Positions 21,130 through 29,643 of a DNA stretch of 63,990 nucleotides are shown here, piece by piece (position 1 is the stretch's first letter; each line of letters starts with the position of its first letter). The stretch comes from a virus. Lineage: Duplodnaviria > Caudoviricetes. The notes beneath the pieces were generated by a model. That model was given only the letters and a program-made list of their open reading frames with translations, searched no databases and was not told where the DNA came from. The stretch lies in IMG/VR virus record IMGVR_UViG_3300010158_000067, positions 1-63,990 of that record; one strand, 5' to 3'. The position numbers and the translations under genes were made by a program.

Positions 21130-22165
21130 ATTTAAATTTATCAGTTCCAGGAAATCCACCAAAAGGCATTACGCCATTAACGGTATCAGAATCATTATAT
21201 GCAATATAAGCATTACCTAAATAAGAAGGATTTTTAAATCTCTTTTTACAAGCATTAAGAGTCTTCGAGCACCCGTCCTTTTCCCAAAAATCTATTGACT
21301 TATTGGGAATAATAAATTTAGAAGATTTATGAGCTTGAATACAAACAAAAAAAGTTCTAGGTGGATCTTTGAAACCATTGAAATCTATATTTTCGACAAA
21401 TACAATGTCTCCAGCTTCATAATCCGTATCTAATTCCCATTTGAATTCTTTAATTGTATTAGAATAGGTTAAATTTTTAAAATTACCTGCTTCATTTTTT
21501 ATAAATTGACCGCTAGAAGCTTTTGATCTATTGGGAGAAACTTTAAAATTGTCATCATTTTCTTTACAAATTAAATCTCCCTGATAATTACATCCCATTC
21601 CCCTGTATTGCCAGTAACAATATCTTCCATAAATTGCTCTAGTTGCAGTTTCCAAACTTTGCAAGTCAAACGGAGTAATTAATTCAAATTGAACTATTTG
21701 TTTATTTTCTACTATTTTTTGAGATATTAAATATTTTTCTTTCGAGATGTAAGCCAATGGATCTGGTTGACCAAATGGATTTTCAAACTGGTCAAAATTT
21801 ATTGCATCTAGATGTTTTAAAAATAATTTTATTCTTACAAATTTACCATTTCGAAAATCAGAATAATCCCTTAATATGCTAGATATTATATAATCTGTAT
21901 TAGCTACAGTTACTTTTGGCCTAGGTAAACGTCCCATAATATTAGCTTCAAAACCTTCTACTTCTACAGCAGAGGCGTAGTATGGATTGCCATTCCAAAT
22001 AATATCTTTAGTTAAATTATTTGTGCCTGCATGAAATCTAAATGGCTGTTCAGTAACGCTAAAATATAATTCATATAATTCAATAATAGCGGAAGGCTCA
22101 AGATCAATTAAAGATCTTCCTATTTCATATCTAGCCTCCAAACCTAATTCATCTCTTGTTGCCAT
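21119..22165 (-). CDS. Minor tail protein, lambda gpL-like
   Basis: IIELYEL, CYWQYRGMGCNY, DGCSKTLNACKKRF, PFGGFPG. Confidence 0.9.
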   Translation of the reverse strand: MATRDELGLEARYEIGRSLIDLEPSAIIELYELYFSVTEQPFRFHAGTNNLTKDIIWNGNPYYASAVEVEGFEANIMGRLPRPKVTVANTDYIISSILRDYSDFRNGKFVRIKLFLKHLDAINFDQFENPFGQPDPLAYISKEKYLISQKIVENKQIVQFELITPFDLQSLETATRAIYGRYCYWQYRGMGCNYQGDLICKENDDNFKVSPNRSKASSGQFIKNEAGNFKNLTYSNTIKEFKWELDTDYEAGDIVFVENIDFNGFKDPPRTFFVCIQAHKSSKFIIPNKSIDFWEKDGCSKTLNACKKRFKNPSYLGNAYIAYNDSDTVNGVMPFGGFPGTDKFKYEQ

Positions 22166-22230
22166 ATTTAATTATAAATCTAACCAATAAAAACTCTTGA
22201 CTTTCACTACAAAAGATTTACACTGTATAT

Positions 22231-22743
22231 ATGGGGTATCGAAATTCATTTGATTTTAGCGGACAAAATCAACTTTCTGGTGAAAAAGCAGAAGATCTTT
22301 TCGAGAAAATGGCTTTAAAAAGAAATTTAAAACTTCAAAAAGCTACATACAAACAACAATTATCTCATATTGATTTCATCTTAACTAATGAAAATAACAA
22401 TATCTATCTTTTGGATATCAAAGCCAGAAAGAAAATTTCTAGAACTTCAGAAGCATTTTCTGATGATTTAATATGGATTGAATTCAAAAATGTAGCTGGA
22501 AATCAAGGATGGCTTTATGGAGCTGCTGACTATATAGCCTTTGAAAGAGAAGATGATTTCGTCATTGTTCCAAGGAAAAATCTTGCATCATTATGCGAAA
22601 GATTAGTTTCCAATACTAAAGTTCAAAAATCAAAAGATTCTCTATATAATAGATATACTAGGAGAGATAGAAAAGACGAACTATCTTTAATTAAAATGGA
22701 AGATGTAATTAAAAATATTAAAGTTTCAATTTGGAAGAAATGA
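22231..22743 (+). CDS. PD-(D/E)xK family nuclease-like protein
   Basis: GEKAE...HIDF...LDIKARK...WIEF...GWL. Confidence 0.6.
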   Translation: MGYRNSFDFSGQNQLSGEKAEDLFEKMALKRNLKLQKATYKQQLSHIDFILTNENNNIYLLDIKARKKISRTSEAFSDDLIWIEFKNVAGNQGWLYGAADYIAFEREDDFVIVPRKNLASLCERLVSNTKVQKSKDSLYNRYTRRDRKDELSLIKMEDVIKNIKVSIWKK

Positions 22744-23012
22744 AAGCCACAATTAAAATCATAGGCGCAAATAAATATACTGACGGTCTTATTGATAGAG
22801 TATTAAGTAATGTTTCCATCGCAAGAAACAAAGAGGGCGCGATAGTATTCATTACTGAAGATTTAATAATTAAAGAATTCTTTATTGATAAAAATGCCTC
22901 CATTCATTTTACGGATCATGGATTTGTTGTCGAGGGATATGGCATTATAGGTTATAACGTAGGAAAACTTTCAATTTTAGTTCAATCTTATGAAACAAAT
23001 GCTATCTTATAA
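22740..23012 (+). CDS. Hypothetical protein
   Basis: ATG overlapping the upstream TGA. Confidence 0.6.
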   Translation: MKATIKIIGANKYTDGLIDRVLSNVSIARNKEGAIVFITEDLIIKEFFIDKNASIHFTDHGFVVEGYGIIGYNVGKLSILVQSYETNAIL

Positions 23013-23952
23013 GGATGTAGTTTTACTACCTCGATATTCAGAAATAGAATCTAGAAGTGATATTAATACTGAAATAGATTTTTTGGGATTTAAATTTAAA
23101 TGCCCAGTAGTGCCAGCAAACATGGCTTGCTGTATTGACTTTAAAAGCGCAGAGACCTTAGCTACTCAAGGATATTTTTATATCTTGCACAGGTTTTATG
23201 ATTATTATACTCAAATTATTCCTTGGTTAGCTAGAAGTCAGGGATCATTTCCACTCAGCATAAGCATGGGAGTCAAAAACACTGATGCTGATTTTTTAAA
23301 TCATTTATCGCAATCAGCATTTAAAATTGATTTCGTTACTATTGATGTAGCTCATGGACATCATATTTTAGTAAAGAAGATTTGTGAATATTTCCACTCT
23401 TTAGAATGGAAGCATAAACCAAAATTAGTTGTTGGAAACTTTGGTTCGGTTGAGGGTTGCAAGGATGCCATAAAGTGGGGCGCGGACGCAGTTAAAGTGG
23501 GTTTAAGCATGGGTGCAGCCTGCACCACATACAATACAACTGGAGTAGGCACTCCCATGTATTCAGTAGTAAAAGAAATATGTGATGCGATTCCAGATAT
23601 CATAGTAATTGCAGATGGTCAAATTCGAGAAACTGGAGATGTATGTAAAGCATTACATGCAGGAGCATCAATGGTAATGGTTGGAGGTATGTTTGCGGCT
23701 TGCGTGGATAGTCCAGCAGAATTTAATTTTTATAAAACAAAAAAATTATTCTATGGATCAGCTTCTGAAAAGAATAAGGGTCATAGCGGATATGTAGAAG
23801 GCAAAGAGTGTTATATTGATTGTAATAATTTGTCTACATTAGAATTTTTAAATAAAATTGAGCAAGGTATAAGATCTAGTATGTCTTATGCTGGTGTAAA
23901 TAATCCATATTCGATCTCTAAAATGGAGATCGCTCAAAGATATGGAAATTAA
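22990..23952 (+). CDS. guaC: GMP reductase
   Basis: PVVPANM, ILHRF, IDVAHGH, KVGLSMGAACTT...TGVG, ADGQIR..GDVCKAL..GA; no CBS domains. Confidence 0.85.
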   Translation: MKQMLSYKDVVLLPRYSEIESRSDINTEIDFLGFKFKCPVVPANMACCIDFKSAETLATQGYFYILHRFYDYYTQIIPWLARSQGSFPLSISMGVKNTDADFLNHLSQSAFKIDFVTIDVAHGHHILVKKICEYFHSLEWKHKPKLVVGNFGSVEGCKDAIKWGADAVKVGLSMGAACTTYNTTGVGTPMYSVVKEICDAIPDIIVIADGQIRETGDVCKALHAGASMVMVGGMFAACVDSPAEFNFYKTKKLFYGSASEKNKGHSGYVEGKECYIDCNNLSTLEFLNKIEQGIRSSMSYAGVNNPYSISKMEIAQRYGN

Positions 23953-24607
23953 AACTAAAATTCAAAAAATAGTAAATGTATTTGAAAGTGGCACACCAGA
24001 CGGTGATTATGGTTGTATATCATTATATGAAGACGGTCCAAATGGTATTAAACAAATTACATATGGAAAAAGCCAAACTACAGAATGGGGAAATTTACCA
24101 GATCTTCTTCGCACATATATTAAAAATACTGGAAAACTTTCACTTAATTTTGTCGAATATGTCGCAGGGAGCCTTGGAAGGGTTTCTCTTGTTAATGACA
24201 AGATTTTTATTTCCTTATTGAAGGAAGCATCAAAAGACCCAATAATGAGATCTAGTCAAGATGAATTTTTTGACAAGCATTACTGGGAACCAGCAAAAGC
24301 TTGGTTTGATAAAAATGGTTTCAAATCAAATTTGAGTATGTTAGTTATTTATGATTCTTTCATTCATTCTGGTTCTATTCTTAAATTTTTAAGAGATAAA
24401 TTTACAGAAAAAGTTCCTGTAAATGGTGGCAATGAAGAAGATTGGATTCTTGCTTATTGTAAAGCTAGATATAACTGGTTAAATAATCATTCAAATCCAA
24501 TTTTGCGAAAAACCATTTACAGAGTAGATAATTTTTTAACAGCTATTAAAGAAAATAACTGGGATCTTTCTGAAACTTTCGTAGCAAATGGCACTAAAAT
24601 CTCTTGA
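23942..24607 (+). CDS. GH46 chitosanase-like lysozyme-fold protein, probable endolysin
   Basis: VFESG..DYG...EDG...ITYG; QDEFFDKHYWEPA; YDSFIHSG. Confidence 0.7.
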   Translation: MEIKTKIQKIVNVFESGTPDGDYGCISLYEDGPNGIKQITYGKSQTTEWGNLPDLLRTYIKNTGKLSLNFVEYVAGSLGRVSLVNDKIFISLLKEASKDPIMRSSQDEFFDKHYWEPAKAWFDKNGFKSNLSMLVIYDSFIHSGSILKFLRDKFTEKVPVNGGNEEDWILAYCKARYNWLNNHSNPILRKTIYRVDNFLTAIKENNWDLSETFVANGTKIS

Positions 24608-24642
24608 CTTTGAATAAAGATCAGTTATTATCTACATACACC

Positions 24643-24912
24643 ATGCAAAACACAGAAATTCCTACAATCTCTCAAGCAATCAAAAAAGCCAATTCCGCAC
24701 AAGTGGATTGCCTATGGGCAATTTTGAAGTATAAGGAAATCGGGATCTTGAGGAAAGTTAAATGCATGTCTGAAGTTTTGAGGTTTGACCTTGATAAGGC
24801 TTGCAGCGAACTACCAGTAAATGAAAATGGATTTATTGTTGACTATAAGACTCGTCACTTGATCCACGATATTCTTTTGGAGAAATCACGAAATGTCGCA
24901 CCAAGAACCTAA
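24643..24912 (+). CDS. Hypothetical protein
   Basis: ATG 24643 follows a TTGACT...TATTAT promoter; the TTG start in the ORF track is the -35 box. Confidence 0.6.
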   Translation: MQNTEIPTISQAIKKANSAQVDCLWAILKYKEIGILRKVKCMSEVLRFDLDKACSELPVNENGFIVDYKTRHLIHDILLEKSRNVAPRT

Positions 24913-25135
24913 TTTTAAAGAGTTGATAACTTCCACTATTAAAAGTGAAATAGTAGCGTATGAAATTGTTGATGGCAGCAATGAATACATTACTTCATAT
25001 AGTGCTGCTTTGAAGAAAAATACAAACGGAAGGCTAGATGGCTTAAAGCTAGCTAAAGATGCTGTAAAATTCAAGCAGGACTATAAGATTCTGGAAGTGT
25101 ATGATAATGGGTATAGAAAGTATTTAGAGATTTAA
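24893..25135 (+). CDS. Hypothetical protein
   Basis: Overlapping co-directional ORF. Confidence 0.55.
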   Translation: MSHQEPNFKELITSTIKSEIVAYEIVDGSNEYITSYSAALKKNTNGRLDGLKLAKDAVKFKQDYKILEVYDNGYRKYLEI

Positions 25136-25140
25136 AGTAT

Positions 25141-25231
25141 AGCAGGGTAGAGAAGTCTGGTCGATCTCGCGACGCTCATAACGTCGAGGCTACTTAAACG
25201 CGCTAAAGTGGTTCAAATCCCGCCCCTGCAA
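25141..25231 (+). tRNA. tRNA-Met(CAT), initiator-like but atypical (long variable region, weak T-stem); possibly a pseudogene
   Basis: GCAGGG/CCCTGC acceptor with 1:72 mismatch, CGACG-CTCATAA-CGTCG anticodon arm, GGTTCAAATCC. Confidence 0.7.
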
Positions 25232-26021
25232 CTTTTTTAATTTCTTCAAAAGCTTCAGTTGGATTATAAAACCTATCTTCAAAAATAAGAACCTTCCATC
25301 CAACTGAAGTTAATACATCAATTTTAATTTTATCTCTATTTTGAACTTGCGGTAACGAATGATTTCTTAAAGAAAGCTGTTTATAATGCCAAGGTCCATT
25401 CCAAAGAATGGCAATATTATAATCATCAATAATAATATCTGCATCCCAGCCATCTTTAATAATTTCATTATGTCTTACTGATTTAAAGTAATTTTTACAG
25501 AGTTGAAATAAATTTATTTCATCTTTGGATCTTCTAGTTATTTTTGAAGCTGAATTCCTGCCTCCTAGGCTAGAACCTTGCTTCTTTCTTATTGAAGAGC
25601 AGTCTTTTGAGCAACATAAATTTTTGTAAGTTTTAAATTCTTTACCGCAGTTTTTGCAAAAAGCAGTTTTTTCAGTTTTTTTGGGTGTAAAAATTTTACA
25701 TTCATCACACTTGGCAAGTTTTGAATTCGCGTTCTTTCCAATTTTAATATTTTTATTACATATATTGCAAAAGCAATCTTTTGTTAAGCCTTTTTGATAA
25801 AAACTTCTTGATTGCAAGCGTTGTGTATTATTATATTTGCCAGCACATGATTTGCCACAAAATTTTCTCTCTATTCTTGAGGCGGGAGCCAAATAAGGCA
25901 TTTCGTTTTGACAAAAAAGACATTTATCTGGATTTAGTTTGTATAGCTCTTGACTTTGTTCAAATTTTTGTTTATGAAATTTGCCAGCGCCTAAATTCCA
26001 TCTTTCTGTTCTTGATTTCAT
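25203..26021 (-). CDS. Free-standing homing endonuclease-like protein (Cys-rich zinc fingers + Vsr/DUF559-like nuclease domain)
   Basis: CxxC/FCxxxC repeats; ADIII...IAILWNGPWHY...RDKIK...GWKVL. Confidence 0.7.
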   Translation of the reverse strand: MKSRTERWNLGAGKFHKQKFEQSQELYKLNPDKCLFCQNEMPYLAPASRIERKFCGKSCAGKYNNTQRLQSRSFYQKGLTKDCFCNICNKNIKIGKNANSKLAKCDECKIFTPKKTEKTAFCKNCGKEFKTYKNLCCSKDCSSIRKKQGSSLGGRNSASKITRRSKDEINLFQLCKNYFKSVRHNEIIKDGWDADIIIDDYNIAILWNGPWHYKQLSLRNHSLPQVQNRDKIKIDVLTSVGWKVLIFEDRFYNPTEAFEEIKKVAGAGFEPL

Positions 26022-26078
26022 AATATAAAATACATTTGCGGATAAGGTTTGTGAACTAAATGTTTTTAGCTAAAACCA

Positions 26079-26367
26079 CTTTCTCAGTAACCACAAACCC
26101 ACTGGTAGTAGGTTTTGCTGTAATTGGAATGTAGCAGCATAGAAATCCTGCTGAGAAAGCGACACATGCCATTCTGTGAATACGGAGTGCTTGGTCTGGG
26201 ATGTCTCAGACGACTGAGTTGTGTGACTAATCGGAGAGACGATTATTTGAGTTCCCCCAATTGGGGTGCGACACCTGCCAGTGGCTCCATGCCGCTGAGA
26301 TCTGATTTGGCATAGCACCTGCTGCTTACGCTAGTTGGGTCAGTGGTGTGACACTGGGAGAGACTAG
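26079..26367 (+). ncRNA. Candidate structured ncRNA(s): two tandem units sharing GCGACAC...GTGTGAC-stem(GAGAGA)
   Basis: GC-rich intergenic stretch with multiple G-U-containing stems and repeated boundary motifs at 26159/26221 and 26268/26346. Confidence 0.6.
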
Positions 26368-26386
26368 AGTTCTTTTAAATTTAAAT

Positions 26387-26812
26387 GGGGGTGAAAGGAT
26401 TCGACTATATCGAAGTTCTTAACTAACATGCAATGGATAGGATTGACCATTAAAAAACAATTCAAAAAATCAAACGCCGAAGATAATACTGACGCATTGT
26501 TGGCAGAAGCTAGCTACATCATCAATAACTTTGATGAATTCCTCGTTGAGGAAGAAGTAGAAGCTGCTGTTTAACAAAACAGAAGCGGACTCCGTTAAAA
26601 CTTCTGTAAAACGCAACGGGTAGGGTAAGATCGTGAAACCCTGAGAAAAAAATCGAGAGTGACTGGTAGACTCCGCGCCAGTAGGTAGACTCTAAAAGTA
26701 GGTGATGTACCACGACAACCTTTAGTCATCAAATGTCGAACGCATCTAAGCATGTAAGTAGTTAGTTACGTATTAGATATAGGACTCGGCTTCGATGCCG
26801 ACACCTCCACCA
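26387..26812 (+). ncRNA. ssrA: tmRNA
   Basis: 5' GGGGGTGAAAGGATTCGAC, 3' TCGGCTTCGATGCCGA-CACCTCC-ACCA with G3-U70 pair; tag ORF 26476-26574. Confidence 0.93.
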
Positions 26813-26815
26813 TTT

Positions 26816-26901
26816 GGGAGAGTATACCGTTAAGGAGACGGTCTAGACTGTAAATCTAGCATACTTGTATTCGGTGGGATCGTTACCCACATCTCCCACC
26901 A
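26816..26901 (+). tRNA. tRNA-Tyr(GTA)
   Basis: CTAGA-CTGTAAA-TCTAG arm, long variable arm, GTGGG-ATCGTTA-CCCAC, ends ACCA. Confidence 0.85.
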
Positions 26902-26924
26902 TTTTTCCTGTGTAAAATATTCTT

Positions 26925-28289
26925 ATGAAAGACTGTGGAAATCATCCAAACTCCTTTTCAACAAAGAGAGAGTTTTTAAATAATTTTGGTTGGGGGCTTG
27001 GAGGATTATCTCTAGCTTCAATTCTTGGAGTGAATCCAATAACTGCTGAAGCGGTTTCTCCACTCGCGGCAAAGCCATCTCACTTTCCAGTTAAGGCAAA
27101 AGCAGTAATTCAATTATTTGCTTCTGGTGCTCCATCTCAAGTAGATACTTTTGATTATAAACCAGAACTACAAAAGAGAGATGGAATGAAAGGTGATTAT
27201 GGTAATTTACTTGCTTCTCCTTTTAATTTTCCACAGTTTGGAAAGTCTGGTCTGCACATATCAGAAGTCTGGTCAAAATTAGGTCAGCACGCTGATAGCA
27301 TGGCTATTATCAATTCCATGCAAACTGATGTTCCAGATCATGGAATTGCAGCAAAGATGTTTAATACTGGATCGACTCAATTACCAAAACCAAGTTTAGG
27401 TAGTTGGCTTGCGTATGGATTGGGAACAACCAATCAAAATATGCCAGCGTTCATTACATTGAATGGCGCTCCAGAATGGAGACAGTGCGCGTTTCTTCCA
27501 GGCATGTTTCAAGGTTGTAACGTACAATATAAAACTGGAATGAAACCAGATGAAATTTTATCAAATTTAAGAAGTCAATTTTCTACTCTCGAAAGACAAA
27601 GAAGACAAATTGATTTTTCAAATATGCTAAATCATGAGCATATGAATAAATTGCAAAAAGATATTCAACTCGAATCTCGAATTGAATCTTTTGAAACTGC
27701 ATTCAAAATGCAAACCGAAGCCACGGACGCTTTTGATCTTTCTAAAGAACCAGAGAATGTTAAAGATTTATATGGTCGCAACGAAGAAGGAAATAAGATG
27801 ATGGTTGCTCGTCGTCTAGTCGAGCGTGGAGTTCGTTTCGTTCAAGTGCAAGTTGGTGGATACGATCATCATTCCGATATCAAAACGGCAATGACGAACA
27901 CTGCAATGCGATATGACCAAGCTTTTGCTGGACTTTTAACTGATTTAAAACAAAGAGGGTTGCTTGATTCTGTTTTAGTTATTTGGGGTGGAGAATTCGG
28001 AAGGACTGTTACTGCTGGAGGGGGCGCAGGAGCCCCTGGACGCGATCACAACGGCAAAGCATTTTCCGTATGGATGGCGGGCGGCAACGTCAAGGGAGGT
28101 CAACGCTATGGTGAAACTGATGAAACAGGCGGCAAATCAATTAAGGATATTGTTCATATACATGATCTTCATGCTACCATTCTTAACCTTATGGGCTTTG
28201 ATCACACTAAGTTGACATATAACTACAATGGTCGCGAATTTAGATTGACAGATAATTTCGGCAATGTTATAAAAGAGTTAGTTGCTTAG
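26925..28289 (+). CDS. DUF1501 family (sulfatase-like) protein with Tat-like leader
   Basis: TKREFL leader; AKAVIQLF..GAPSQVDTFDYKP; ARRLVERGVRFV; GYDHH; LKQRGLLD..LVIWGGEFGRT; GRDH; HDLHATIL. Confidence 0.88.
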   Translation: MKDCGNHPNSFSTKREFLNNFGWGLGGLSLASILGVNPITAEAVSPLAAKPSHFPVKAKAVIQLFASGAPSQVDTFDYKPELQKRDGMKGDYGNLLASPFNFPQFGKSGLHISEVWSKLGQHADSMAIINSMQTDVPDHGIAAKMFNTGSTQLPKPSLGSWLAYGLGTTNQNMPAFITLNGAPEWRQCAFLPGMFQGCNVQYKTGMKPDEILSNLRSQFSTLERQRRQIDFSNMLNHEHMNKLQKDIQLESRIESFETAFKMQTEATDAFDLSKEPENVKDLYGRNEEGNKMMVARRLVERGVRFVQVQVGGYDHHSDIKTAMTNTAMRYDQAFAGLLTDLKQRGLLDSVLVIWGGEFGRTVTAGGGAGAPGRDHNGKAFSVWMAGGNVKGGQRYGETDETGGKSIKDIVHIHDLHATILNLMGFDHTKLTYNYNGREFRLTDNFGNVIKELVA

Positions 28290-28338
28290 ATTTTGTTGAA
28301 TAGATCAAGTGAAGCTTTATTATATATTAACTTTTAAT

Positions 28339-28413
28339 ACCTACTGACGCGCAAGGTGTGCGGTCGCTCTGTTAAAGCGTATGAGCTTGGTTCAATTCCA
28401 AGAGTAGGTGCCA
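28339..28413 (+). tRNA. tRNA-Asn(GTT)
   Basis: ACCTACT/AGTAGGT acceptor, CGCT-CTGTTAA-AGCG, CTTGG-TTCAATT-CCAAG, GCCA end. Confidence 0.85.
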
Positions 28414-28418
28414 CTTTC

Positions 28419-28495
28419 GCCTTCATAGCTCAATTGGCTAGAGCAGGGCTTTTGTAAAGCTCAGGTTTCCAGTTCGACCCTAGATGAAGGCTCCA
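28419..28495 (+). tRNA. tRNA-Thr(TGT)
   Basis: GCCTTCA/TGAAGGC acceptor, GGGCT-TTTGTAA-AGCTC, TCCA end. Confidence 0.88.
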
Positions 28496-28568
28496 GCTTT
28501 TTATCGTTAGCACATAAAAACAAGTTACCCTTCTTGCGAAAAAGGGATTTTTGTGTAAATATATTGTT

Positions 28569-28760
28569 ATGTCTTTAGATAAAGCGATCCTACATGGTAA
28601 GGAAAAAAGAAAAGAATATCAGGGGAGAACGTCAAAAAGATTTGATCGCAGTTGCCGTAATCATGGTAACTGTGGTTACTGTGAGAATAATCGTTTATTT
28701 TCTTTACGGAGATTAAGATTTAAATCAGAACAAGAAATCAAAGAATGGCAGAAAGAATAA
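28569..28760 (+). CDS. Small basic Cys/His protein
   Basis: MSLDKAI...DRSCRNHGNCGYC; GTGTAA 10 nt upstream. Confidence 0.6.
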   Translation: MSLDKAILHGKEKRKEYQGRTSKRFDRSCRNHGNCGYCENNRLFSLRRLRFKSEQEIKEWQKE

Positions 28761-29161
28761 ATAAATATAGTTGGTGGCTTTTACTTGCTGAATTAGCTTC
28801 AGCTAGAAGCGAAGATCCTTGGTGTAAAGTTGGTGCCATTGGAATCCGCGAAGATGGTTCGATTGCTGGCGTTTCCTACAACGGAGCGCCCCCAAAAGTA
28901 GAAATAGATTGGAGTGATCGAGATGAACGTAGAAAGTACGTTGTTCACGCTGAAACCAATTTATTAAGATATATAAAACCAAATGAATGCCCGATTGTCG
29001 CGACAACAATTTCGCCTTGTTATGATTGTTTAAAAAATCTAGCAAGTTATGGCGTGAAAGAAATTTACTTTCAAAATTATTACGACAAATGTGATAAAAA
29101 AGAGTTGCAAAAGATAGCTGAACTCTTTAACATTGACTTGTATCAATGCAGCCAACAGTAA
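28745..29161 (+). CDS. dCMP deaminase
   Basis: RSED...KVGA, YNG, HAE, SPCYDC. Confidence 0.88.
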   Translation: MAERINKYSWWLLLAELASARSEDPWCKVGAIGIREDGSIAGVSYNGAPPKVEIDWSDRDERRKYVVHAETNLLRYIKPNECPIVATTISPCYDCLKNLASYGVKEIYFQNYYDKCDKKELQKIAELFNIDLYQCSQQ

Positions 29162-29215
29162 AACTACAAATCTTACAATTTTATTAATACAGGGTTATTT
29201 ATTACTTAAAAGAAA

Positions 29216-29416
29216 ATGAAATACTTACTATTCGCGGGGATGGAATACTACGCAAGAGGTGGAGTTCTCGATTATCAAAAGTCTTCAGATTCTATTGAAG
29301 AACTTGTTTCATATTTTTACGACAATGAAGACCAAAATCATTGGGATTGGTATCAAATTACTGATTCTAATTTAGATATTGTTAGGTTGACGGAAAAGCA
29401 AGCGCATTCTTATTAA
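29216..29416 (+). CDS. Hypothetical phage protein
   Basis: YLLFAG..YY..GG..D...DWYQI pattern. Confidence 0.6.
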   Translation: MKYLLFAGMEYYARGGVLDYQKSSDSIEELVSYFYDNEDQNHWDWYQITDSNLDIVRLTEKQAHSY

Positions 29417-29628
29417 ACAAGACCAATTGCTCCAGCATTACCAATATCAGACCATTTAACTTCTTCAGAAGCTGTTGACTTTTTCTTCTTTCTTTCGCTA
29501 TACTGTCTATAGCAAACGGCAGCTCTTTGTTTTTGATCTTTAAAATCTTTATTCATTGCGGGATCGCCCATACAATCTTGCATAAATGAATCTTGTTCTT
29601 GATTTTTCTCGGGAGTTGGTAAAGGCAT
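29413..29628 (-). CDS. Hypothetical phage protein
   Basis: MPLPTP...FMQDCM...QRAAVCY. Confidence 0.6.
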   Translation of the reverse strand: MPLPTPEKNQEQDSFMQDCMGDPAMNKDFKDQKQRAAVCYRQYSERKKKKSTASEEVKWSDIGNAGAIGLV

Positions 29629-29643
29629 ATATAATATAATACA

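Noticed and set aside
26079-26160. Hammerhead ribozyme
   Set aside because: Three-stem layout with GAAA, but no correctly placed CUGANGA core
26070-26713. ORFs 26070-26318, 26124-26315 and 26522-26713
   Set aside because: Overlap the structured RNA and tmRNA; no protein features
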